From an uncultured bacterium (lineage in GTDB: Bacteria > Krumholzibacteriota > Krumholzibacteriia > WVZY01 > JAKEHA01): a stretch of DNA of 64,000 bases. The stretch is taken from NCBI GenBank assembly GCA_964621155.1, contig CAZULB010000001.1, positions 10,402 through 74,401 on the forward strand, written 5' to 3'. Positions 49,301 to 57,250 of this stretch are shown here, piece by piece (position 1 is the stretch's first letter; every line of letters begins with the position of its first letter). The translations under genes and the position numbers were made by a program. The notes beneath the pieces were generated by a model that was given only the letters and a program-made list of their open reading frames with translations, was not told the DNA's origin and did not search any database.

Positions 49301-49886
49301 GAATGCCCTGTTTCTGCAGGCCGTTGATGTCGGTCTCGGCGAAGACACCGCACTTCCCCGCCACGTGGTGCAGCTTGACCCCGTTATAGCCCTGCTCGCA
49401 CAACTGCTCGGGAGGAATGCGCAGCTTGGCGTTGATCTTGTCGATGACGGCACCGGTTCCACCCGCGCATTTGTCATTCATCGACGGAATCTTCTTCTTG
49501 CGGCCGGTCTCGGGGTCTTCCTTGAAGACGATGATCTTGGCGTCCTGTCCGCCCAACTCGATCACGGAACCTGCGGCCGGATGCACCTTCTCGACGGCGA
49601 GACACACCGCGTTCACTTCCTGCACGAACTTGGCGCCCAGTTTGGGCGCGATGTTCATGCCGCCGCTGCCGGTGATGAACACGCAGGTTTCCCCCGCCGC
49701 GGTGGCGGCGCGAAGCCCGTCGACTTCTTCGTCGATGCGCTTGAGGAACTCGAGAACTTTTTCGGGTTGTTTGGTCTCGTGGCGCTGGTAGTCGTGCCAC
49801 ACCATGGCGTCCGTAGCGGGATCGACCACGACCGCCTTGACGGTCGTGGAGCCGACATCCATGCCAATGAGGAACCGGGCAGCCAT
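46371..49886 (-). CDS. CoA-substrate-specific enzyme activase (two BadF/BadG/BcrA/BcrD-type ATPase domains) fused to a 2-hydroxyacyl-CoA dehydratase-like domain
   Basis: N-terminus FLIGMDVGSTTVKAVVVD and second copy FIGLDGGSTSTKAVLVN (acetate/sugar-kinase fold ATPase). The 1171-aa architecture matches COG1924+COG3580/3581 fusions. Confidence 0.75.
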   Translation of the reverse strand: MAARFLIGMDVGSTTVKAVVVDPATDAMVWHDYQRHETKQPEKVLEFLKRIDEEVDGLRAATAAGETCVFITGSGGMNIAPKLGAKFVQEVNAVCLAVEKVHPAAGSVIELGGQDAKIIVFKEDPETGRKKKIPSMNDKCAGGTGAVIDKINAKLRIPPEQLCEQGYNGVKLHHVAGKCGVFAETDINGLQKQGIPTEELMASLFEAIIGQNLSVLTRGHTLRPEVILLGGPNTYIRGMREAWQHNIPITWKEREVKLPEGVDPKSLIVVPQNAQYYAALGAVEYGKDEDEGVGVYKGWTALEEYINVGRKQSKAKASVGLSKDPADLASFKERYREEPFEPATFAPGEVVRAFIGLDGGSTSTKAVLVNEAREVICKAYQLSKGNPIKDTIEVIGDIQRHVESFGARLEILGVGTTGYAKDVLRDVLAADAAIVETVAHAESALHFYDDVDVICDVGGQDIKIMVLKDGSVKDFKLNTQCSAGNGYFLQSTAGEFGVPVEKFADTAFGAEQMPTFGYGCAVFMQSDIVDFQRQGWTAGEIMAGLAAVLPKNIWLYVAQIPNLAKLGKKFVLQGGTQRNLAAVKSQVDFISSRFRGTADDLPEVIVHKHCGESGAIGAALEAQRLHANGRITSFIGLDAIQTISYTTHTSEDTRCHFCKNECLRTFIDVEASKKAIKREQGEVDTASATAGARKSKVPLMPGARRLIVNNSCEKGLVEDVESMREIKKDLDARLKAAPNFIEKSARDVFKSFKPESVADPLPKHAFTSGQKARIEQMKKRESYRIGIPRMLNQYSTNPLFSAYFESLGIRPHNLVYSDYTTEDLYKEGAKRGAIDPCFPSKLGIPHVHNLIFKQHEKKPLDAIFFPMIDDLKSEIYKAQDCRACPTVTATPEAVKAAFTKEGDTFAKKGIQYLCPVVNVAQPHLFARQMFAAWKDVLGISEKENERAAEAGFKALDEYVVSTRAAAREVLEELERENKIGIVVLGRPYHNDPGINHEILVEFQKLGYPVFTQDSLPIDDDILDWLFGDEVRAGDIAHPMDISDVWKNAYSENTSRKVWAAKYTARHPNLVALEVSNFKCGHDAPIYSVVEEIIERSGTPYYSFKDLDENRPAGSIKIRVETIGYFLKRYREDKLRDEWRERVVEHEDAAARASAALIPAENPSEDHLFEVA

Positions 49887-50005
49887 AGTCGAGCGGAGTA
49901 TGGGCTACGTGCCGCCCCGGGGCAATAGTGGAAACCGATTATTCTATTTCGTATACTACCGGCGCTGACTGCAGTCCGCCCCACTATAAATGACGAGGTT
50001 TGGCC

Positions 50006-50377
50006 ATGTCCGCGACCTACCGTCTGAATGATGACGTTGTCGAGATGACACTCAACGGCAGCACTGGAATCGACGAGGTCATTCAAACTTTCCACAAGGC
50101 TCTCGACGACTCGGATACTCCGGAAGAGTTCGTGCTCCTCCTGGACGTTCGCAAGTCCACCTCACTCGCCACCCGACCCACGTCCGAAATCATCAAAGTC
50201 GCGGAGTACCTGGGACCGTTCCAGGACCGCGTCAAGCGCTGCGCCGTACTGGCCACGGAGAACATTCATTTCGGACTGAGCCGCCTGGGTGCTGTGTACA
50301 GCGAGACGGCCGGTGTGATGACGAGCGTCTTCCGCGACAAGGAAGAAGCCATCGACTGGCTGCACAGCGGCCAGTGA
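50006..50377 (+). CDS. Hypothetical small cytoplasmic protein (possible STAS/SpoIIAA-like fold)
   Basis: ATG 50006 with a GAGG RBS. 123 aa; no strong motif. Confidence 0.4.
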   Translation: MSATYRLNDDVVEMTLNGSTGIDEVIQTFHKALDDSDTPEEFVLLLDVRKSTSLATRPTSEIIKVAEYLGPFQDRVKRCAVLATENIHFGLSRLGAVYSETAGVMTSVFRDKEEAIDWLHSGQ

Positions 50378-50391
50378 GTCGCAGCGTCCGC

Positions 50392-53300
50392 CTATTTGAG
50401 CAGTACCATCTTCTTCGTGTCGACGAACTCGCCTGCGCGCATGCGGTAGAAATACACGCCCGAGGCGACGCGCTGTCCGCGATCGTCGTCTCCATCCCAG
50501 TGCACTGACCATGATCCTGGGTTGCGTCGCTCGTTCACGAGCTCGCGCACGCGGCGTCCGGACACGTCATAGATCGAGATGTTCACATCGGCGCCACCCG
50601 CGGGCACGTCATACGTGATCGCGGTAAGCGGATTGAACGGATTGGGAATGTTCTGCCCCAACGCGAACGCGAGCGGTCGATTGCCGGTACCGGTCGGCAA
50701 GAGATGGGGCTTTACGACGACCACGTGCGACGCCGCAGTAGTGGCGAGGAATCCAGGAATGGTCGCCGAGACAGTGACGCTGCCAGGATTCAGCGGACCG
50801 AACTCCACACCGCCGAGCACCGCCGACGCCGCCGATTGCGACTGGCCGGCCGGAATCGCCACGACGACTGGTGAGCCATTCAGCGCATCTGTGACGAGCG
50901 TCGCGAAACCAAGATCGGATAGCGACACCGTCGCATTCAGCGTCGGGCCGCCGGGGCGCACGAACTGCGGAGCCCCGACAGTGGCCTGATCACTGCTCGC
51001 CGTGCCCACTCGTACCACGAACGGATCATTGGGATCATTGTCCATGATTGAATCCGGCAAGAGCGCAACCTGCAGTGCAGGTTGCACCACGTTCGCCACG
51101 CGAACGCCCGAGGTGAAGGTGGGCACGCTGGCCGAGACCGTTGATGTGCCCATCGCAACACCCTGAACGTAAAAGGAAACCTGTGTGCTCCCGTTCGATA
51201 GCGGGAAGTCCAGCGAAGCCGTCCCCGGCGTGGAGAAATTAGGGGCAAGCAGTGCGACTGATGGGTCGCTGCTCGCGACGTGCACCGTAACGCCACCGTG
51301 CTGGGCCAGTCCCAACACCGCGCTGATAACACCGCTCTGCAATCCCTCCCCGACATCTTCAATGGCTCCCATGGTAACGATACGCTGCGAAACGACCACC
51401 TGCTGTGTCGCCGCGCCCATCGGCGTGAAGCCCGGGATGGTCGCCGCCACCAGCGTTGTCCCGGGCCCGAGCGGATCGAACGCGACGCCGCCGGTGGCAA
51501 CGGTGGCACCCGACGATGACGCGCCAGCCGAAATGTTGACCGTGACCGATGCGCCGGTGGCAGGCGTCGTCACCAGCTGACCGGCGACCGCGTCGGTGAG
51601 AGTGATGGTTGCGGTCACACCCGGACTTCCGGCGCGCACCGACTGCGCGGGATTGACGGACCCATTGCCGCTCGCGGGCAGTCCCACGCGCACCTGGAAC
51701 GGGTCGTTGGGATCCGTGGCGTCGAACGCCGCGGCGAGACCGATCATGTCGAGCGCCGGTGTGACGATGGTCGCCGTCTGGCTCGCCGAGATGAACCCGG
51801 GCGCCGACACGGTGATCAGTGACGTGCCCGTCACGTTCTCCATTCCCGAAACGTAGAACGTGGCAGTCGCGGATCCGTTGGCCACGGATAAATCGATGGA
51901 GGCGCTGCCCGCCGTGCTCGCGTTCGGCGCCACCAGCGCGACCGATGGGTTCGCGCTTGCGATGTGCGCCGTGACGCCTCCGTGATTCGACACGCTCAGT
52001 GTGGCCGAGTTCCCCGAGTTCTGAAGGCCGGCGCCGATGGTCCCCAGCGCACCGAGAGAAATGGTCGGTTGCGTGACGGCCACCGTCTGACTGGCGGCCG
52101 TGGTCGTAATGAAACCAGGAATCGTGGCGGAGACCGTGGTCGATCCGAGCGCGGTCCCGTCAAAGGCGACGCCGCCCGTCGCGACCGTCCCAGGCGACGT
52201 TGAATTTCCGGGGGTGATTGATACCACCACCGAATCTCCGGTGAGCGGCGTGGTGATGAGGTCGCCGACCGGATGGCTGGAATTCTTGATGGTGGCCGTG
52301 AGGGGGACACCCCCCGCACGAATGTTTTGCGTTGAATTCACGCTGGTGTTGCCCCCGGATGGCAATCCGACGCGGACATAGAACGGGTCGCTCGGAGCGA
52401 GCGTGTCGAGGGTTGTGACCAGACCGCTGATGTCGAGCGCCGGCTGCACGACGGTCGCCGTCTTGCTCGCCGAGGTGAACCCGGGCGCCGACACGGTAAT
52501 CAGTGATGTGCCGGTCACGTTTTCCATGCCGGAGATGTAGAAGGTCACACCGGTGGATCCGTTCGGCACGAACGCGTCGAACGAGGCGTTCCCCGCGGTG
52601 GTTGCGGTGGGAGCCACGAGGGCCACGGATGGGTTGGCGCTTTCGACGTGCACCGTCACGCCGCCGTGCTGCGACGCGCTCAGCGTGGCCAAGTTCCCCA
52701 AGCCCACAAGACCCGAGCCGACATTGGAAATTGCGTTGAGCGTGATCACGGGCTGCGTGACGGTCACCGTCTGACTGGCGTTCGTCGTCGCTATGAAACC
52801 GGGGATGGTGGCGGACACGGTGGTCGAGCCAAGCGCGGTCCCGTCGAAAGCGACGCCGCCAGCCGCGACGGTCGTCGGCGAGAAGTAAGAACCGACGGGG
52901 ATCGTCACCGTGACGGAGTCCCCGGTGAGGGCCGTGGTGATGAGATCGCCGACCGCGATTGCGGAATTCTTGATGGTGGCCGTGACGGGGACACCCCCGG
53001 CACGAATGCTTTGCGTCGGATTCACGCTGGTGATACCGCCGGATGGCAGGCCGATCGTGACCCAGAACGGGTCCACGGGATCGAGCGTGTCGAGGGTGGT
53101 GACCAGACTGCTGATGACGAGCGCGGGTTGCTGAACGTTTGCGAGCCGGCTGGCGTTGCCAAAGCCGGGCGCGGAAACGGTGATCAAGGAAGCGCCGCTC
53201 ACTCCTTCGAGACCCGACACGACGAACGACGTGCCCGTGAGCCCGTTGGCAAGGAAGATGTCGATAGAAGCAGTTCCGACGGTCGTTGCATTGGGCGAGA

Positions 53301-54189
53301 CCAACGCCACCGACGAATCGGCGCTCTCCACGTGAATGGTCACGCCGCCGTGCTGCGACCCGCTCAGTGTCACCCCATTGGCCAAACCCTGCAGACCCGA
53401 ACCCACGTTTCCGATTGCATTGAGCGTGATCACGGGCTGCGTGACGCTCACATTCGCGCTGGCCGCCGCGGTGGCAATGAATCCGGGAATGCTTGCCGAC
53501 ACCGTGGTCGACGCGACGTTCAGGCCGTCAAAGGCCACACCGCCCGCGGCAACGCTCGTCGGCGAATAGTAGAGACCGGGTGTGATAGAGACGGTGACCG
53601 TCTGGCCCGTAAGGGGCGTGGTAATGAGCTGCCCGGCGAACGCGTTCGAGTTGACGATCGTTGCCGTGAGTCCCGTGCCGCCGATGCGCACGCTTTGCGT
53701 TGGATTCACGGTGCCGTTGCCGCTCGATGGCAACCCGATCTGGACCCAAAACGGGTCCGCAGGATCGAGCGTGCCGATGGAGGTGACCAGGTTGGAGATG
53801 GCGACCGCCGGCTGAACAATGGTCGCGGTCCGGCTCCCGCTGGTAAACCCGGGCGCCGACACCGTGATCATCGCGGTGCCGGTGACGTTCTCCATGCCCT
53901 GAACAACGAATTGCACGCTGGATGACCCGTTGGGGACAAACACGTCGAACGATGCGCCGCCGGCGGTGGAGATGTTGGGCGCGACCAGAACCACCGACGG
54001 GTTGTCGCTCTCGACGTGCACGGTCTTGCCCCCGTGCTGCGACGTGCTCAAGGTGGCCGTGTTGGCGCTGCCCTGGAGTCCGCTCCCCACATTGGAGAGC
54101 ACGGGCACAGTGATGGTTTGTGCACGCGCGTTCGACGCCGCGAGCGTGCCCAGGAATGCAATGACAAGAATCAGCGGTGAGCGTTTCAT
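50392..54189 (-). CDS. Giant secreted repeat protein (5 x ~230-aa tandem domains) with T9SS-type C-terminal sorting domain
   Basis: Signal peptide MKRSPLILVIAFLGTLAASNARA. Repeated blocks begin (I)T(V/L)..(S/G)NVGSGLQG...SQHGG(K/V)T(V/I)HVES.DPSVALVAPN. C-terminus NPFNPLTAITYDV...ISIYDVSGRRVRELV...GVYFYRMRAGEFVDTKKMVLLK. Confidence 0.7.
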   Translation of the reverse strand: MKRSPLILVIAFLGTLAASNARAQTITVPVLSNVGSGLQGSANTATLSTSQHGGKTVHVESDNPSVVLVAPNISTAGGASFDVFVPNGSSSVQFVVQGMENVTGTAMITVSAPGFTSGSRTATIVQPAVAISNLVTSIGTLDPADPFWVQIGLPSSGNGTVNPTQSVRIGGTGLTATIVNSNAFAGQLITTPLTGQTVTVSITPGLYYSPTSVAAGGVAFDGLNVASTTVSASIPGFIATAAASANVSVTQPVITLNAIGNVGSGLQGLANGVTLSGSQHGGVTIHVESADSSVALVSPNATTVGTASIDIFLANGLTGTSFVVSGLEGVSGASLITVSAPGFGNASRLANVQQPALVISSLVTTLDTLDPVDPFWVTIGLPSGGITSVNPTQSIRAGGVPVTATIKNSAIAVGDLITTALTGDSVTVTIPVGSYFSPTTVAAGGVAFDGTALGSTTVSATIPGFIATTNASQTVTVTQPVITLNAISNVGSGLVGLGNLATLSASQHGGVTVHVESANPSVALVAPTATTAGNASFDAFVPNGSTGVTFYISGMENVTGTSLITVSAPGFTSASKTATVVQPALDISGLVTTLDTLAPSDPFYVRVGLPSGGNTSVNSTQNIRAGGVPLTATIKNSSHPVGDLITTPLTGDSVVVSITPGNSTSPGTVATGGVAFDGTALGSTTVSATIPGFITTTAASQTVAVTQPTISLGALGTIGAGLQNSGNSATLSVSNHGGVTAHIASANPSVALVAPNASTAGSASIDLSVANGSATATFYVSGMENVTGTSLITVSAPGFISASQTATIVTPALDMIGLAAAFDATDPNDPFQVRVGLPASGNGSVNPAQSVRAGSPGVTATITLTDAVAGQLVTTPATGASVTVNISAGASSSGATVATGGVAFDPLGPGTTLVAATIPGFTPMGAATQQVVVSQRIVTMGAIEDVGEGLQSGVISAVLGLAQHGGVTVHVASSDPSVALLAPNFSTPGTASLDFPLSNGSTQVSFYVQGVAMGTSTVSASVPTFTSGVRVANVVQPALQVALLPDSIMDNDPNDPFVVRVGTASSDQATVGAPQFVRPGGPTLNATVSLSDLGFATLVTDALNGSPVVVAIPAGQSQSAASAVLGGVEFGPLNPGSVTVSATIPGFLATTAASHVVVVKPHLLPTGTGNRPLAFALGQNIPNPFNPLTAITYDVPAGGADVNISIYDVSGRRVRELVNERRNPGSWSVHWDGDDDRGQRVASGVYFYRMRAGEFVDTKKMVLLK
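50650..54117 (-). repeat. ~690-bp tandem coding repeats (about 5 copies) within CDS 50392..54189
   Basis: Protein periodicity of ~230 aa. The antisense plus-frame ORFs (around 51.6, 52.2, 52.9 and 53.6 kb) recur with near-identical translations. Confidence 0.6.
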
Positions 54190-54261
54190 CGTAGAACCTC
54201 CCTCAGCGCGCAGATTTCGGGTCGGGCGGAAACGCCGATTTCATTTCCGTCCACTCGATCT

Positions 54262-54573
54262 TCACGTGTATCCGTTCTTGAAGTTTTCCCACACGCTTGT
54301 CGTACCCGAGACGATGCCGGCGTGGGCAACCGCCGGGAGCGATTGCAGGTATGCGAGCGCGCGGACCGCAATCGTGTTGGGACTCTCTGCGCTCCACCGC
54401 TCCACCTGCCCGGCCACCAACCCGAGATTCTTCACCCAGGCGCTATCGCCACTCGTCACGGTCCCGCCGCCGCCACCTCCTCCGCCCCCGTCGTCCTTGG
54501 GTTCGGTACTGTTGTTACCGGAGCAAGCGGCGAAGACGACAAGAACAAAAAGGACGAGCGTTTCATGTGGAGC
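54262..54573 (-). pseudogene. Truncated N-terminal paralogue (about 100 aa) of lipoprotein gene 57251..59329, with an apparent 1-nt frameshift in the signal-peptide region
   Basis: ATG AAA CGC at 54573 reads MKRSS... in one frame. The downstream homologous frame (LFVLVVFAACSGNNSTEPKDDGGGGGGGGGTVT...TIAVRALAYLQSLP) aligns to MKRFALFLLIVFAACSSDNGTAPKDPGGGGGGGGGGAVT...SIAVRAAGYLSQQP of the intact gene and stops after ~100 aa. Confidence 0.35.
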
Positions 54574-54575
54574 AC

Positions 54576-57239
54576 CTACTTGAGAAGAACCATCTTCCTG
54601 GTTTCGACAAAATCGCCCGCCCGCATGCGGTAGAAGTACACACCCGACGCCACGCGCTGGCCGCGATCGTCGTCGCCATTCCATTGCACGGACCAGCTTC
54701 CCGGACCGCGGTGCTCGTTGACGAGTTCACGCACCCGCGCACCCGCGACGTCGTAGATCGTCATGTTCACGTCCGCTCCCCCCGCCGCCACTTCATAACG
54801 AATGGTGGTCTGCGGGTTGAACGGGTTGGGAACCGCCTCGTGCAATGCAAACTTGAGGGCGGGCTTGTCGCCCACCGCGGTGGCGGCCCCCGCGCCGATC
54901 ACGAACGGTGAAAGACTTGTCGTCGTGCCACAAATCACGTCGACGTCGGTGTCGAGGAGGGTGGTGATGTTGACCCAAGCGGGTGGATTGAGCGACGCGT
55001 CGTAGTGGAGCAATTGCAGCGATGCCTCGGGCACCGAGAGTGCGAACGGGTCGTACTCGATACACACCTCGATGGTGCCGTTGAAGCTGACCAGGGTGCT
55101 TATGTTGTAGAACCTCCCGTCACCGGCTGTGAAGGACCCGGGGAGGGCCGGGCCGGTGGACGTGACCTCGAGATTGGTTCTGCCCGACTGGGACACGTTC
55201 GCGAACGTGATGCCCACATTGTGCAATCCGCTTCCGTTTTCGTCCCACGGCTGAATGTGCACGTTGTTCCCCACCGGCGTGTTCGGAAGCAGGAACGCGA
55301 CCGTGTTCGAGACCACGCTGCGATTGCAGTTCAGGTCCAGGGCAATCACCGACCAGTACTGATCTGTGCCCCCGGGGTTGGAGATGGTGTAGAGCGTGTC
55401 GGTTGCCGTGTCGTAGTAGCTTTCGAAGGGAGGCTGTACCGGAATCTGACTCATGTAGACGGCGTAGTACATGATGTCGGACGCGGGTCGCGACCAGTGG
55501 AGCTGCAGCAAGCCGGGCGGAACGATGTGCGACGCGAGGACCGACGCCGGCGGCGCGATGTTGTCGAACGAAGTCCCATGCCGGATGTTCGATGATTCGA
55601 GCGAGGAGATGTAACCGAGCACCCGGAAGTTCTGCCCGAATAGCTGCCAGCACGTCGAATCATCCTGGGTCGGTTCGTTGGCGACATAGAGGTCGGTTCC
55701 GTTGTCGTTGATCCAGTCGATTGTGATCCATGCTCCGTTGTCGTTGCGCTGCACCTCGTACAGGTAGTTCTCACCGGGACGGTCGAGATCCTTCCAACGC
55801 ATGGTCACGTGCCGGCCCTCGTCGCCCGGCGTGTCAACGATCGATGTGATAACCGGCTCGGGATTTCCCCACGCTCCGGCCGCACTCATGCGCTGCGCAT
55901 AGGTCTGCGAGGTACCGCTGCGGGCATCCGACCAGGCGATCATGCTGGCGCCGTTGACGCTGGGCGCGATCACGGGGGTGACTTGTGCCCCGGTGGCAAG
56001 ACAGACTTCGGAGCCTTGCAGCACGAAGAAGAGATTGCCGAGCGCATCAACGCGGCGCGCATAGATGTTGTCTCCCGCGACGCGCTGATCCTGCCAGGTG
56101 ATGATGGCGCCGTTGGAGCCGTCGGTCGTCAGGGTGGGCGCAACCTGGTGGCCGGACGCGGTACAAACCGCAACTCCATCGGCTGTCCACAGGGCGGTGC
56201 CGCTGGCGTTCACGCGCCGGGCGTAGATGTCGGCATTGCTGAGGCCGTTGCGCATGTCGCGCCAGGTCGCGATGCCGCCGCCTGCGCCGTCGGCAATCAA
56301 GATGGGATCGTACTGATCACCGAGCGAGCCACAGAGCACCACGCCGTTCGCGGCCCACAGCATATTGCCTGCGCCGTCGGTGCGCTGGGCCCAGATATCG
56401 GTGTGGGAGATGCGTCGATCCTGCCACACGACGATGGCGCCACCGGCACCGTCGGAAACAATCTTCGGGACATTCTGACTCGCGCCCGCGTTGCAGACGA
56501 TGACTCCGTCCGCGGTCCACAGCGGCGTTCCGCTGGCGTTCACGCGACGGGCGTAGATGTCGGCCTGCAGACTGCTGACGCGCTCATCGTGCCACACCAC
56601 GATGGCGCCACCCGCGCCGTCGGATGCGATCGAGGGACCATCCTGGTTGTTCGCTGCGGTGCACAACGCAACGCCGTTCGTCGCCCACGCCCGCTTGCCG
56701 TCCGAATCGTAACGCGCGGCATAGATGTCCGCGCTGCCGCTGCGCGTGTCGTCCCACGCGATGATGGCCCCGCCCGCGCCATTCGACGCAATCACGGGGT
56801 GTGCCTGCGTGCCGGTCGCCGTGCAGACAGCGACCCCGTTGCCGGTCCAGGCCGACTTGCCGGACCCATCTACTACCTGCGCGAAGATGTCCCCGGTGGC
56901 GTTACGCCCGTCTTCCCAGACAATGATCGCTCCACCCGCACCATCGGCGATGATCGCGGGATTGATCTGATCGCCGGCCGCGGCGCAAATCGTTGCGCAC
57001 CACACGGTGTTTCCCGCGGGAGTAATCCGGGACGCGACAATGTCGTAGGCTCCATTACTCGCGTCGCCCCACGCGATGATGGCTCCGCCGGCGCCGTCAG
57101 AGGCGATCGCGGGTGCCTGCTGCGCCCCCGTCTTCGCGCACGGCGGAAGGCCGTTGATCACCCATTGTGCGTTCGCGGTCGCGATTGCCACAACGCACAC
57201 AAACGCGGTTGTAAGTATCAGGGTTGCGTGCCTCTTCAT
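54576..57239 (-). CDS. Secreted protein with 8 tandem ~47-aa repeats (DGAGGAI[IV]xW...DIYAxRV...GV.VCTA) and T9SS-type C-terminal sorting domain
   Basis: AGGAG RBS. Signal peptide MKRHATLILTTAFVCVVAIATANA (ATG 57239). C-terminus NPFNPQTTIRYEV...MTIYDVAGARVRELV...GVYFYRMRAGDFVETRKMVLLK. Confidence 0.7.
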   Translation of the reverse strand: MKRHATLILTTAFVCVVAIATANAQWVINGLPPCAKTGAQQAPAIASDGAGGAIIAWGDASNGAYDIVASRITPAGNTVWCATICAAAGDQINPAIIADGAGGAIIVWEDGRNATGDIFAQVVDGSGKSAWTGNGVAVCTATGTQAHPVIASNGAGGAIIAWDDTRSGSADIYAARYDSDGKRAWATNGVALCTAANNQDGPSIASDGAGGAIVVWHDERVSSLQADIYARRVNASGTPLWTADGVIVCNAGASQNVPKIVSDGAGGAIVVWQDRRISHTDIWAQRTDGAGNMLWAANGVVLCGSLGDQYDPILIADGAGGGIATWRDMRNGLSNADIYARRVNASGTALWTADGVAVCTASGHQVAPTLTTDGSNGAIITWQDQRVAGDNIYARRVDALGNLFFVLQGSEVCLATGAQVTPVIAPSVNGASMIAWSDARSGTSQTYAQRMSAAGAWGNPEPVITSIVDTPGDEGRHVTMRWKDLDRPGENYLYEVQRNDNGAWITIDWINDNGTDLYVANEPTQDDSTCWQLFGQNFRVLGYISSLESSNIRHGTSFDNIAPPASVLASHIVPPGLLQLHWSRPASDIMYYAVYMSQIPVQPPFESYYDTATDTLYTISNPGGTDQYWSVIALDLNCNRSVVSNTVAFLLPNTPVGNNVHIQPWDENGSGLHNVGITFANVSQSGRTNLEVTSTGPALPGSFTAGDGRFYNISTLVSFNGTIEVCIEYDPFALSVPEASLQLLHYDASLNPPAWVNITTLLDTDVDVICGTTTSLSPFVIGAGAATAVGDKPALKFALHEAVPNPFNPQTTIRYEVAAGGADVNMTIYDVAGARVRELVNEHRGPGSWSVQWNGDDDRGQRVASGVYFYRMRAGDFVETRKMVLLK
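55900..57170 (-). repeat. ~140-bp tandem coding repeats (8 copies) within CDS 54576..57239
   Basis: GAGGAIIAW / GAGGAIIVW / GAGGAIVVW / GAGGGIATW / SNGAIITW blocks at regular ~47-aa spacing. Confidence 0.55.
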
Positions 57240-57250
57240 TTCACTACTCC

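Noticed and set aside
50650-54117. Possible CRISPR-like array suggested by regular repeats
   Set aside because: The repeats are ~690 bp, protein-coding, and in frame throughout one 1265-aa ORF. There is no short repeat / unique spacer alternation and no cas genes nearby.
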